A stretch of DNA of 64,000 nt from Promethearchaeia archaeon (lineage in GTDB: Archaea > Asgardarchaeota > Lokiarchaeia > Sigyniarchaeales > SOKP01). The stretch spans positions 1 to 64,000 of the forward strand of contig JAHQWK010000012.1 in assembly GCA_029856145.1 (NCBI GenBank), written 5' to 3'. Position 1 is the first letter of the stretch, and each line of letters starts with the position of its first letter. Below the pieces are notes generated by a model. That model saw only the letters and a list, made by a program, of their open reading frames with translations, did no database searches and was not told the origin of the DNA. Made by a program: the position numbers and the translations under genes. This document shows, in pieces, positions 8,814 through 18,084 of the stretch.

Positions 8814-9494
8814 TTGAATATCATTTACATATTATACGGTCGTGTGTGTGAAATGTTAGAACTCTATACCACTCAGTATGAAGAATTAAACACCAAGGAA
8901 CGTATTACAATTGATTTAATAAAAGATGGTCAGGAATTTTTACAGCAATTTGATATCAATTCTGATTTTTTACTAGATACAATCTCGGTAGTCTATAAAT
9001 ATTTGAGAAATAATGGAAAAATTCCCCATAATCTATATAAATTCTTTGTCGCAGCATACTATATAATTTCTAGACACCCTTTTGCGTTTCCAGCTCATGA
9101 AACCAAGAAAGAATTTTGTCAAAAATTTAATCTTCCAGTGAGCGCATTAGAATATTGTGTAGAAAAAATAACAAATTCCTTAGATTACATCAAAATCTTA
9201 GATGACATGAATTTTCCCTATTTTGTTGATCCAAAACGAGATATTAGCTTAAAATTCATAAAAAACCTTATTAAATCTAAAGTGGATAAGGCAATGATGA
9301 CTTTTTTAGTATGGAACCAGCCAATTAACTCACAAATTCTTACTGAAGAATTAGTAAATGAAGCGATTTTTAAACAAAATGCTTTTCCTGAAGAATTATT
9401 TAGACAATTATTTGAAATCGCTTTCGAGTATGTCGAAAACGAGTTCTCGGACTATAAAGAGTATGTGAGAATGCAAAAAAAATTCTTTATATGA
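8814..9494 (+). CDS. Cyclin/TFIIB-fold-like protein lacking a Zn ribbon
   Basis: FFVAAYYIISRHPFAFPAHETKKEFCQKFNL resembles the TFB repeat motif AAxxYxxxR..P.T..E; likely start ATG 8853. Confidence 0.5.
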   Translation: MNIIYILYGRVCEMLELYTTQYEELNTKERITIDLIKDGQEFLQQFDINSDFLLDTISVVYKYLRNNGKIPHNLYKFFVAAYYIISRHPFAFPAHETKKEFCQKFNLPVSALEYCVEKITNSLDYIKILDDMNFPYFVDPKRDISLKFIKNLIKSKVDKAMMTFLVWNQPINSQILTEELVNEAIFKQNAFPEELFRQLFEIAFEYVENEFSDYKEYVRMQKKFFI

Positions 9495-9571
9495 ATTTTC
9501 CGTCATAATTGATTAATCTTTTCTAATTGCATATCCCAATCTTGAAGAGCTAATTCATTTGATATTGTATA

Positions 9572-10402
9572 TTACTTTTCTAAAAAATCTAAAATGATTT
9601 TATTTACCTCAGATGCTCTTGATACCGTCATAAAATGTCCAGCTCTTTTAATTATTTTGAAAGTACTATTCGGTATTCTCTTATCTATCTCAATCATTAA
9701 AGATTTGGGAATCAATCTATCATGAGAAGCAGCAACTAATAATGTATCATTTTTAATTTTATTTAAACGATCATATACATTATGTTTTTTCATCGCATTT
9801 CCTTGATTAATAATATCTTGGGCTCTGGATGGATTTAGTTTACTCTGTTCTATTAGATCTTCTAAAGAAAAAGCATTAAAAAATTTTTTTTTAGGATTTT
9901 GTTTAAGTTCTTGTCTGAACTTCTGATGGTAAATAAATGAAGATTTATTCCAAAATGCCTTGATTGTATCTGTTTGAAGTAGCTCAATCTCTTTTATCCG
10001 ATTCTTAATTATCAAGTTTACGACATCTTCATCATCAAATTTTGCATTTGTTGCTATTAAAACAAGTTTTTTTACATATTGAGGATATTTTAATACAAAA
10101 TTCTGAGCAATCATTCCCCCTAATGATCTACCAATTAGATGAGCTATCTCAATTTGTAAATGATCCATTAAACCCTTTATATCATCCACAAATAAATCCA
10201 TTGTATAAAGATAATTGGGTCTATCGGTTTTTCCAGTTCCTCTTAGGTCAAATGTAATTGTTTTATATTTTTCACTAAAATCTATTATTTGAGGCATCCA
10301 AATTTCTTTTTTTGAACCAAAACCATGGATTAATATGACTGGAAAGCCACTTCCTTTAATTTCATAGGAAATGTTAATTCCATTAGCAAATGCAAAACTC
10401 AT
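9572..10402 (-). CDS. Alpha/beta hydrolase (PcaD/MhpC-like)
   Basis: HGFG, FDLRGTGKT, GRSLGG and AGH motifs. Confidence 0.9.
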   Translation of the reverse strand: MSFAFANGINISYEIKGSGFPVILIHGFGSKKEIWMPQIIDFSEKYKTITFDLRGTGKTDRPNYLYTMDLFVDDIKGLMDHLQIEIAHLIGRSLGGMIAQNFVLKYPQYVKKLVLIATNAKFDDEDVVNLIIKNRIKEIELLQTDTIKAFWNKSSFIYHQKFRQELKQNPKKKFFNAFSLEDLIEQSKLNPSRAQDIINQGNAMKKHNVYDRLNKIKNDTLLVAASHDRLIPKSLMIEIDKRIPNSTFKIIKRAGHFMTVSRASEVNKIILDFLEK

Positions 10403-10569
10403 AATACTATAAAATAATTCAGTTTAGATAAGTAATTTAAATGGAAGATATAAATATGAGAAGTCGCATTAACTAATTATAATATCGATTTTACTGTTAT
10501 AAGAATACTTACCTATATATTAGATAAACTTCATATCTAATGAACATAAATTAAGTTGGGTTTGATTTA

Positions 10570-11166
10570 ATGCCAGTTTATAAAAATATTGTAGAGTTTC
10601 TTGAATTCATTAATATCAGTACTGAAAAATTCACCTTGTTTGAATGGAAACCAGGAAGTTCATTTCGAAGATTTGATTTAGATTTAAATATAATTAAAGA
10701 AAATCCTATCAGTGACATATTTTTTCATAGAGATAAAGGAAATATGAAACTTGTATATATTCGAAAACATAATCTAATATACACTGTGGGTGCAAGTCCA
10801 GCAGTTCAATATCAACTTTTAGAAGCGCTATTGGAATATGTTGATTTAAAATTTAATGAAACTTTTGATGTAGAAACTATCTTGTCATATGGAGATTTCT
10901 CTCCTGGCCTTTTTGATAATGAATTTATGGGAATCATTGAAGATATCATAAAGAATTTTGCAGATTTAGGATTAGTTAAACGAATTCATGTAGAATGTAG
11001 AGTATGTGGTACGGTTCTTCCTTTATTTGTAAAAAAAAGTTTCATTGAGAATGCAGAATCATACCCTGTTCCAATAGTATATAGTCATCGCGGTCACGCG
11101 ATATTATGTTTCATCGATCAAAACTATCATCACAGAGGAGTAGAGCTAGTAAATATTACAGGGTAA
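10570..11166 (+). CDS. Longin-like domain + C-terminal Cys2His2 metal-binding domain
   Basis: Beta-beta-helix YIRKHNLIYTVGA...QLLEALLEYVDLKF; CRVC...HRGH...FIDQN..RG.E. Confidence 0.5.
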   Translation: MPVYKNIVEFLEFINISTEKFTLFEWKPGSSFRRFDLDLNIIKENPISDIFFHRDKGNMKLVYIRKHNLIYTVGASPAVQYQLLEALLEYVDLKFNETFDVETILSYGDFSPGLFDNEFMGIIEDIIKNFADLGLVKRIHVECRVCGTVLPLFVKKSFIENAESYPVPIVYSHRGHAILCFIDQNYHHRGVELVNITG

Positions 11167-11249
11167 ATATAACTAAAACTAAATTTTTATCCCCTTTATC
11201 TTAAATCCTCAATAATGAATTTTAAAAACTTAATTAATATAATATACAT

Positions 11250-12308
11250 ATGGAAGAAAATCAAAATTCCAATAAACAACCTGAGCAATCATTTTTTGAG
11301 GAGATTATTAAAAAAACTAAGACTGGTATAACCTTTCCTAAAGCACTAAGAGATGAATTCTTTGAAGAAGACACTGATGTATATTTTAAACTAGTTGTCC
11401 CTAAGGAAAAAGATAAAATTATTTTAGAATTTCTATCAGAAGAGGATGCCGAAGAAATCTCTGAGAAATTGAAGCTAGTAAAATCTAAAACTGTCAGCAC
11501 TCTAAAAGCCCTAGATAAAAAAAAAATAGAAACTATTAAGAAAACTGTAGGTCCTAGCCCTGCTTGGGGTGAATATTTTGTATATGATTTTGAGGCAAAA
11601 GACAAAATCATTCCTATCCTAGAATCTGCCTTTTATAAATTTGCAGAGACACCTCTGCATTTAGAGGATGCTATGGGACGTGTTAAGTATGCGTTAGTTT
11701 CTTTTCTTTCGTCAACAAAAACTGAAAATGCTAAATTATATTTTGCTGTAGAAAAGTTCTTAATCGATATAATTGATAAATTTAACCAACCAAATTTACT
11801 AGATTGGATTTTTGAGAAGATTATTCCAAATGTTGACAGTAAATTTCTTTATGAGCAAGCTCTTTTGGAGCTTGTTGAAGCTAGTTTAAAATTTAAAAGG
11901 TGGGAGAAGGCAGAACTATATATATTCTATGTGTTGAAAAACATTGATAGCTATTCTAAGTCTGAAATGTATAATATCATGAATAGTTTTAAACAGTTGG
12001 TTAAGAAAGTTAAATATAACGAAAGATCAGATAAAATTGATATCTTGCTGAAGGAGAAATTACTTGAATATGGTAATGGGGTTGAAGATGCTGATTACAA
12101 AATTCAGATTGTAGAATTCCTTGAAGATTTACAATATATTGAACTTGCTTATGATCTTGCGAAGAAAATTCAGCTTAGTTTACCGTCTGAGAGTATGAGA
12201 ATAGAAGAGATTAGAAAAATAGTAAGACGATTACATACTACTCCCATTAGTGAAAATAAACCAAATTCAAGTCTAGATTTTGAAGAGGACGAGGGAAATA
12301 TTGACTAA
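11250..12308 (+). CDS. AbrB/SpoVT-like N-domain + alpha-helical repeat protein
   Basis: KTGITFPKALRDEF...KIILE resembles AbrB G.ITIPK.IR; remainder looks helical. Confidence 0.5.
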   Translation: MEENQNSNKQPEQSFFEEIIKKTKTGITFPKALRDEFFEEDTDVYFKLVVPKEKDKIILEFLSEEDAEEISEKLKLVKSKTVSTLKALDKKKIETIKKTVGPSPAWGEYFVYDFEAKDKIIPILESAFYKFAETPLHLEDAMGRVKYALVSFLSSTKTENAKLYFAVEKFLIDIIDKFNQPNLLDWIFEKIIPNVDSKFLYEQALLELVEASLKFKRWEKAELYIFYVLKNIDSYSKSEMYNIMNSFKQLVKKVKYNERSDKIDILLKEKLLEYGNGVEDADYKIQIVEFLEDLQYIELAYDLAKKIQLSLPSESMRIEEIRKIVRRLHTTPISENKPNSSLDFEEDEGNID

Positions 12309-13486
12309 TCGGTGTTATCTTCTTTTTTTTCTGTAACTTTTTTAAGTTCTTCCTCAACCCTTTTCATTTCGTCATGTTTAATTTTCTGTTCTTTTTGTTC
12401 GATAGATTTTTGCTTTAGCTCTAATTCAACTTGAGATAACGCTTTTTCCTGTTCTATAAGCTCCTCTTTTAGTATTAAAGCTTTTTCCCTTTCTAAAATT
12501 TCTTTTTCTTCTAAATCTTTCTCTCTTTCTTCTAATTCTAATTTCTTTTTCTTAATTTCTAAATCTTTCTTTTTTAATTCAATCTCTTTATCAATAATTT
12601 CCTCTTCTTTTTTCTTCAACTTTTTAGGGATTTTGATCTCTTTCTCGTCTCCAATTTCGCTTTCTTTTTCTAAGATTTCTTTCTCTTTTTCTTCTAACTC
12701 TAATTTTTTCTTTTTAATTTCTAATTTTTTCTTTTTAAGCTCAAATTCTTTATTTAATATTTCTGATTCTTCTTTATCTAAAAGTTCTATTTTTTCTTCT
12801 GCTTCAGATGATTCAATTTCTTCTTCTACAATCTCTTCAATCTTATCTATCGAAACGATTGACTTTAATATTTCATCAATAAGATCCTTAATTCTTTCAT
12901 TTTCGGCCATCTCTGAGATTTCTTTAGCATAATCGGTCAAAATTTTTGTCATAAATTTAGGAGATTTTATCCCTATAGCTTTTAAAGTCTGAAGAGCTTT
13001 TTCTACTACGAAATCTTTTTCATCACTCAATTTTATCAATATAGTTTTTATAAGAGATTCATTATCTATTATGGCATCTCCACCAGCCATATAAATTAAT
13101 AATTGTAAAGCAGCTTCTCGAACATTAGGATCATCTGAAGTCACTAAATTTTCACTATACGGAAGAAATAGATCACATTCTTTCTCACAAATCGTTTTTA
13201 AAAGCAGTAAAAAGGTGAATCGTAAGACTGGATCTCGCTTTGATAAATGTTCTAATAAAGATGGTATATCTATTATAAGATTTTCAATTAAGAAACGTAA
13301 TACAGTACGCCCACCATGTAAAGTTAGAAGTGTTTCTATTACATTCTCAAGTCTATCCAAGTATTCATTTTCATTAGCATCTCCAATATAAAGTCCAATT
13401 GTATGCACAGCATCATCAAATCTCCCATCTTTTACAAAATCTTTTATTTGAAGTATTTCTACTACTTCTTTTTCAGTATCATTCAT
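12305..13486 (-). CDS. HEAT-repeat (adaptin-N-like) + charged coiled-coil protein
   Basis: DPVLR, SDDPNVREAAL and LSDEKDFVVEKAL HEAT motifs; E/K-rich tail. Confidence 0.75.
   Translation of the reverse strand: MNDTEKEVVEILQIKDFVKDGRFDDAVHTIGLYIGDANENEYLDRLENVIETLLTLHGGRTVLRFLIENLIIDIPSLLEHLSKRDPVLRFTFLLLLKTICEKECDLFLPYSENLVTSDDPNVREAALQLLIYMAGGDAIIDNESLIKTILIKLSDEKDFVVEKALQTLKAIGIKSPKFMTKILTDYAKEISEMAENERIKDLIDEILKSIVSIDKIEEIVEEEIESSEAEEKIELLDKEESEILNKEFELKKKKLEIKKKKLELEEKEKEILEKESEIGDEKEIKIPKKLKKKEEEIIDKEIELKKKDLEIKKKKLELEEREKDLEEKEILEREKALILKEELIEQEKALSQVELELKQKSIEQKEQKIKHDEMKRVEEELKKVTEKKEDNTD
12500..12775 (-). repeat. Internal duplication of about 37 aa in the coiled-coil (approximate bounds)
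   Basis: EESEILNKEFELKKKKLEIKKKKLELEEKEKE versus KEEEIIDKEIELKKKDLEIKKKKLELEEREKD. Confidence 0.7.
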
Positions 13487-13519
13487 TTTACCACCATAAT
13501 TTTTTAAATCCTGTTTTTT

Positions 13520-14473
13520 TTATATCCAAAGAATATAATATTCGGTATAAATTCGGGTTGCAAAATTAAATATTAATCTTAAGTCTCTATGTCTTAGTTT
13601 TAACTTATCTCCTTCTTCAGTATAGTTATTCGTTAAGAGACTTACGTGTAAAATTATTTCTAAATTTTGATTTTTATCCTCATGTAGACTAATCTGATCA
13701 CAGTATTGTGTTAAAGCATTAAGATCTTCCCAAAATGTATTCCAAAAATATTGATCCATTTTGGAATCATTATCCTGTAATGGTTCTCGTGATATTTTTG
13801 TCAGTATATCATAAGGAACTTTGAGAGAAATTTCAACATGTTTAGAAGGGATAAATGCTAATTTTACTTCAGGAAAATAAATCTCAGCATAAAGTTGACA
13901 AATACCATTCAAAAGTTCAAGGCTCGTGATGCTTTCACGATTAGCATTACAAAGAACATATTTCTCATTTAAATATAAAACATGAATACGATCTTCAAAT
14001 TTGAATATCAAATAATTATCAGTTTTAAGATACTCAAACTTTTCATTCCTATTATGAATTCTATCATCAAATATCTTAAATGCATCTTCCAGTTTATTAA
14101 ATGAGATAAATTTATTTAATTTACGATAGTCTCCATGGAAAAAAACATCTAAAAAATCAATTAAATATAAATATGCATCAAAGGGTCTATATATAACCGT
14201 CTTATTCCTAAAAAACCTCTCAACAACCCCCTTATGGACGCTATAACAAAATTTGGGTAAATCGTCTATTTTGAGTTCACTTTTAATGCGTAGTTTCAAT
14301 AAATGTCTTCTTGAACATTTTGGTTGTAAAGTGCATGCTATTCTATCTCGCTCACAGTCATCAAAGCAGAGTTTGTCTATAGTATTCCGCAATAAATCAA
14401 TTAATTCTGATTTATTTTTTGTGTCTGATTCAGTGTTTAAATATTTTAAAATGTGCTCTTCTTTTAAAGGCAT
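13520..14473 (-). CDS. Hypothetical protein with N-terminal Cys cluster
   Basis: 317-aa ORF; C-x3-C-x6-C-x5-C...FCY. Confidence 0.7.
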   Translation of the reverse strand: MPLKEEHILKYLNTESDTKNKSELIDLLRNTIDKLCFDDCERDRIACTLQPKCSRRHLLKLRIKSELKIDDLPKFCYSVHKGVVERFFRNKTVIYRPFDAYLYLIDFLDVFFHGDYRKLNKFISFNKLEDAFKIFDDRIHNRNEKFEYLKTDNYLIFKFEDRIHVLYLNEKYVLCNANRESITSLELLNGICQLYAEIYFPEVKLAFIPSKHVEISLKVPYDILTKISREPLQDNDSKMDQYFWNTFWEDLNALTQYCDQISLHEDKNQNLEIILHVSLLTNNYTEEGDKLKLRHRDLRLIFNFATRIYTEYYILWI

Positions 14474-14680
14474 CTTTGTAAATTTCTAAATTTTAGTTTT
14501 ATTTACATTATTCTATGAAATAAAAAGAATTAAAATCTAATATTTTTTATTATTCTTCTAAATAAATATAAAAGAAGAGTAAAATATACATTCATTTAAT
14601 TATAAAAAATTATTAATTAACGTTTCTTCTATTCTTATAATAATAAACATATCCAAATATCATAATTAGGTTCAAAGAAT

Positions 14681-16255
14681 ATGTTGAGACAAATTCATAT
14701 CTTTCTAGAATCAGAATTATTATTTGTTAAAGATTATGCAAAGGCTCTTGGAAATGAAGAATTAAACAATGTAAAAACGATTATTCAAAAATATATTGAT
14801 ATGCCGATGCCAGGGAAAACTTTTCAAAGACCTATATCTAACTTTCAAATTTTTCATAGAGCATTCGAGAACTTATATTTTCTGTTTATAACAGATATTG
14901 TAGATTCTCTTCAATATTTTGATGCAATAATATTAAAAACAATTGATAAATTTAAAGTATTATTTCCAAAACCTTCTGAAATAACCCAATCTGGCCCTGC
15001 CAAAGATGAATTTATTGATTTCTTAGATCAAATTCAAAAGGAACTCCACTCAAAAATTTCTATAATTGGTCCCGCATATTCAGGTAAAACAACACTTTAT
15101 AATATGCTAAGAAGCGGTGAAGAAAAGACACTTATGGATTTCGCGAAAACATCAACTTTAGAAATAGATGGAATATGGTTTGATTTATGGGATTTCCAAT
15201 TAAACGATAATTTTTCTCTTTTGTGGTCGAAATTTGTACGTGGTTCTGATTTAATAGTACTCTTCTTTAATTTAGCTAATTATAATCTAAAGATGATCAA
15301 CCATTTCTTAAATTTACATAAAATCGAGAGTAATTACTCTAAATTATTGATTATTGGAAATAAAAGAGACTTAGTAGAAGATGCGGATCTGAGAAGAATA
15401 AAAAATGAATTAAGTATTCCTGATTTTAAAGAAATTTCTTTGAATGCTCCAGATGTGAAATCTGAAATTCATAAATATATTAATGAGGTTCTTGGCTTAA
15501 AGGAAAAGTTCCCTGAAAATTTTGAAGATCTAGTAAAAGAAGCAGATGATTTAGCTTTAGAAGGAAAAAAGATTCAAGCGTTAGCAAAGTATAAAGAACT
15601 GACTACTTTAAGTGAACTATATCAGAATATCATGTTTACAAAGACTTTAAAACAGAAAATTGAGGATATTAACAAAAAAATTAAAGAAGATATAAAGAAA
15701 AGAAAAGAGTTTGAAAAAACAAAAGCTTTCGACGTTGCAAAACCATTAATCTTTACACGAAAAGTTACAGTAAAACCACTACCACCTTCAGATGAACCAC
15801 AAGATATAAAATCTTTAGAAGAAGAACTCCCACCTGCACCTAAAAGACCTCCAAAAAAGTTAGTGTCATTTCAAATGCTAGAAAAAGAAACGGAATTAAA
15901 ACCTATTAAAGCGACTAAACCTCCTTTAAAAATCATTAAAAAAATTCCACCTCCCAAAGAAGTCCGTAAAGAGCCTCAACCCGCTAAAACTCCTGATACC
16001 ACATCACCCAAAGCAAAAATGCCAATGGAATTATTTGGACCACATGAAGAAATAAAAAAGGAAATGGATAAACCATTAGTTATAGATTTTACTAAGGAAC
16101 TACAAAAAATTATAACCGAAAAAGGAAGTTCTCTCAGTTTGACTTTGTGTCAAAATTTAATAACTGAATTGCAAAAATCTTTAGGGAGACCCATAACCCT
16201 TGAAGATATTAAATTAGCTGCTGAATTTTTCATCAAACAAGAAAAATTGATATAA
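14681..16255 (+). CDS. Longin + small-GTPase-like + helical + Pro-rich multidomain protein
   Basis: Longin-type N-terminus (LRQIHIF..FHRAFENLYFLFITD); G1 GPAYSGKTT, degenerate G3 WDFQL, G4 NKRD; Pro/Lys-rich linker. Confidence 0.8.
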   Translation: MLRQIHIFLESELLFVKDYAKALGNEELNNVKTIIQKYIDMPMPGKTFQRPISNFQIFHRAFENLYFLFITDIVDSLQYFDAIILKTIDKFKVLFPKPSEITQSGPAKDEFIDFLDQIQKELHSKISIIGPAYSGKTTLYNMLRSGEEKTLMDFAKTSTLEIDGIWFDLWDFQLNDNFSLLWSKFVRGSDLIVLFFNLANYNLKMINHFLNLHKIESNYSKLLIIGNKRDLVEDADLRRIKNELSIPDFKEISLNAPDVKSEIHKYINEVLGLKEKFPENFEDLVKEADDLALEGKKIQALAKYKELTTLSELYQNIMFTKTLKQKIEDINKKIKEDIKKRKEFEKTKAFDVAKPLIFTRKVTVKPLPPSDEPQDIKSLEEELPPAPKRPPKKLVSFQMLEKETELKPIKATKPPLKIIKKIPPPKEVRKEPQPAKTPDTTSPKAKMPMELFGPHEEIKKEMDKPLVIDFTKELQKIITEKGSSLSLTLCQNLITELQKSLGRPITLEDIKLAAEFFIKQEKLI

Positions 16256-16433
16256 ATAGAAAGAGTTTCAATTTCGAATTTTTAAGTCCGTGTTGTTAGT
16301 TCAATAAAAGTTCACAACACACTTCTTTTAAAATAATTCTATATTCAAATAAGTAATAGCATATTTTTTATGCAAAAGTTTACTTAATTTTGATAAAAAT
16401 TAATTAAAAAATATTCTAAATGAGATTTTAAAA

Positions 16434-17930
16434 ATGAGTGTTATTAAAGAACTTCGTGAATACTTTACTGAAATAATGAGATTGAATTATATACAAGCAT
16501 TACTTGGATGGGATCAAGAAGTAAATATGATGGGATACAAATCTGTTAAAGGAAGGTCAGAACAAAGAGCACTTATTACACAACTTATTCACAAAAGAGT
16601 GACATCAGAAAAAACAGGAAAATTAATAATTGAAGCTGGAAAACTCAAAGATCTGAATGATATTGATGCGGCAATGCTAAGAGAGGCAAAAAGAGAATAT
16701 GACCTAGAAACAAAATTACCAGAAGAATTGGTAATAGAAATAACAAAAACAACTGCCTTAGCACAGCAAGCATGGCAAAAAGCAAGACAAGAAAAGGATT
16801 TCAAACTATTTGTCCCATTATTAGAAAAACAAGTTGAATTACAGAAAGAAAAGGCAAAGAAACTTGAAACTCACCCAGATTTATATTCTACATTAATAGA
16901 CTTATATGAACCAGGTGTTACTTATGATTGGATTGCCAAAGTTTTCAATCCAATAAAACCTAAACTAATAGACATTGTAAAAAAGTTAAACTCTTCTTCA
17001 GATAAGCCTGATGATTCAATATTAAAGAAACCATATGATATAGATAAGCAATTTAAACTTAGTTTTGAAATAATAAAAAAATTTAATTTTGATTTAGGTT
17101 ATGGCCGTCAAGATAGATCAACCCATCCATTTACAACATCTCTTGCTCCACTAGATGTAAGAATTACTACCAGAACAAGAGAGGATTATCTAAATGAGTG
17201 TATATTTGGGACAATACATGAATGTGGACATGCACTTTATGAGATGGGGATTAAAGAAGAACTCCATGAAACAATTTTATGTACAGGTACCTCAATGGGA
17301 ATACATGAATCGCAAAGTCGTACATTGGAAAATTATATAGGGCGTTCCAAGGAATTTTGGACTTATTGGTATCCATCTTTTCAAAAATATTTCCCTGAGA
17401 TTCTAAAAAACTATCCGATGGAAGAATTTTACCGAGCTATAAATATTGTTCAACCTTCATTTATAAGAGTAAATGCAGATGAGGTAACTTATGGATTACA
17501 TATTATTCTTAGATTTGAATTAGAAAAAGATATTATAGATGGCAAAGTTCAGGTAAATGAATTACCCGAAATATGGAATTCTAGATTTGAAGAATTGTTA
17601 GGAATCGTTCCACCGGATGACGCAGAAGGTGTATTACAAGATATTCACTGGTCACATGGCTACTTTGGCTATTTCCCTACCTATTTTCTTGGAACTTTAT
17701 ACGGAGCGCAGATTTATAACAATGCGTTAAAAAAAAATCCAAGTTTACCTGAGGAATATAAAAAAGGTGAATTTTCCAATATAATGAACTACTTAAAAGA
17801 AAAGATTCATCAACATGGGGCTATTTATAGAGCTAATGATTTAATAAAAAGAGTCACTGGTGAAGACTTAAATCCAGATTATTTCTTTAAATACGTAGAG
17901 GAGAAATTTTATCCCATCTATGGATTATAA
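16434..17930 (+). CDS. Carboxypeptidase M32 (Taq family), copy 1
   Basis: HPF, DVRITTR, HECGH, HESQ, IRVNAD and QDIHW motifs. Confidence 0.95.
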   Translation: MSVIKELREYFTEIMRLNYIQALLGWDQEVNMMGYKSVKGRSEQRALITQLIHKRVTSEKTGKLIIEAGKLKDLNDIDAAMLREAKREYDLETKLPEELVIEITKTTALAQQAWQKARQEKDFKLFVPLLEKQVELQKEKAKKLETHPDLYSTLIDLYEPGVTYDWIAKVFNPIKPKLIDIVKKLNSSSDKPDDSILKKPYDIDKQFKLSFEIIKKFNFDLGYGRQDRSTHPFTTSLAPLDVRITTRTREDYLNECIFGTIHECGHALYEMGIKEELHETILCTGTSMGIHESQSRTLENYIGRSKEFWTYWYPSFQKYFPEILKNYPMEEFYRAINIVQPSFIRVNADEVTYGLHIILRFELEKDIIDGKVQVNELPEIWNSRFEELLGIVPPDDAEGVLQDIHWSHGYFGYFPTYFLGTLYGAQIYNNALKKNPSLPEEYKKGEFSNIMNYLKEKIHQHGAIYRANDLIKRVTGEDLNPDYFFKYVEEKFYPIYGL

Positions 17931-18084
17931 TTTTTTTATCGCTTATTATTTAATTTAAATATCTTTTTTTTTTATATTTTCACTTTAAACGCTTAATTTT
18001 AGAACTAAAAAACCGAAACATTTTTGTAGAAAAATACCTAGCATTCTCTATATATTTTACATATTACTACAAATTGATTAAATT

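Noticed and set aside
16290-16320. GTGTTGT...ACAACAC inverted repeat, and TTGTGAAC at three intergenic sites (about 3904, 16310, 39878)
   Set aside because: Short and imperfect; cannot be distinguished from chance by eye
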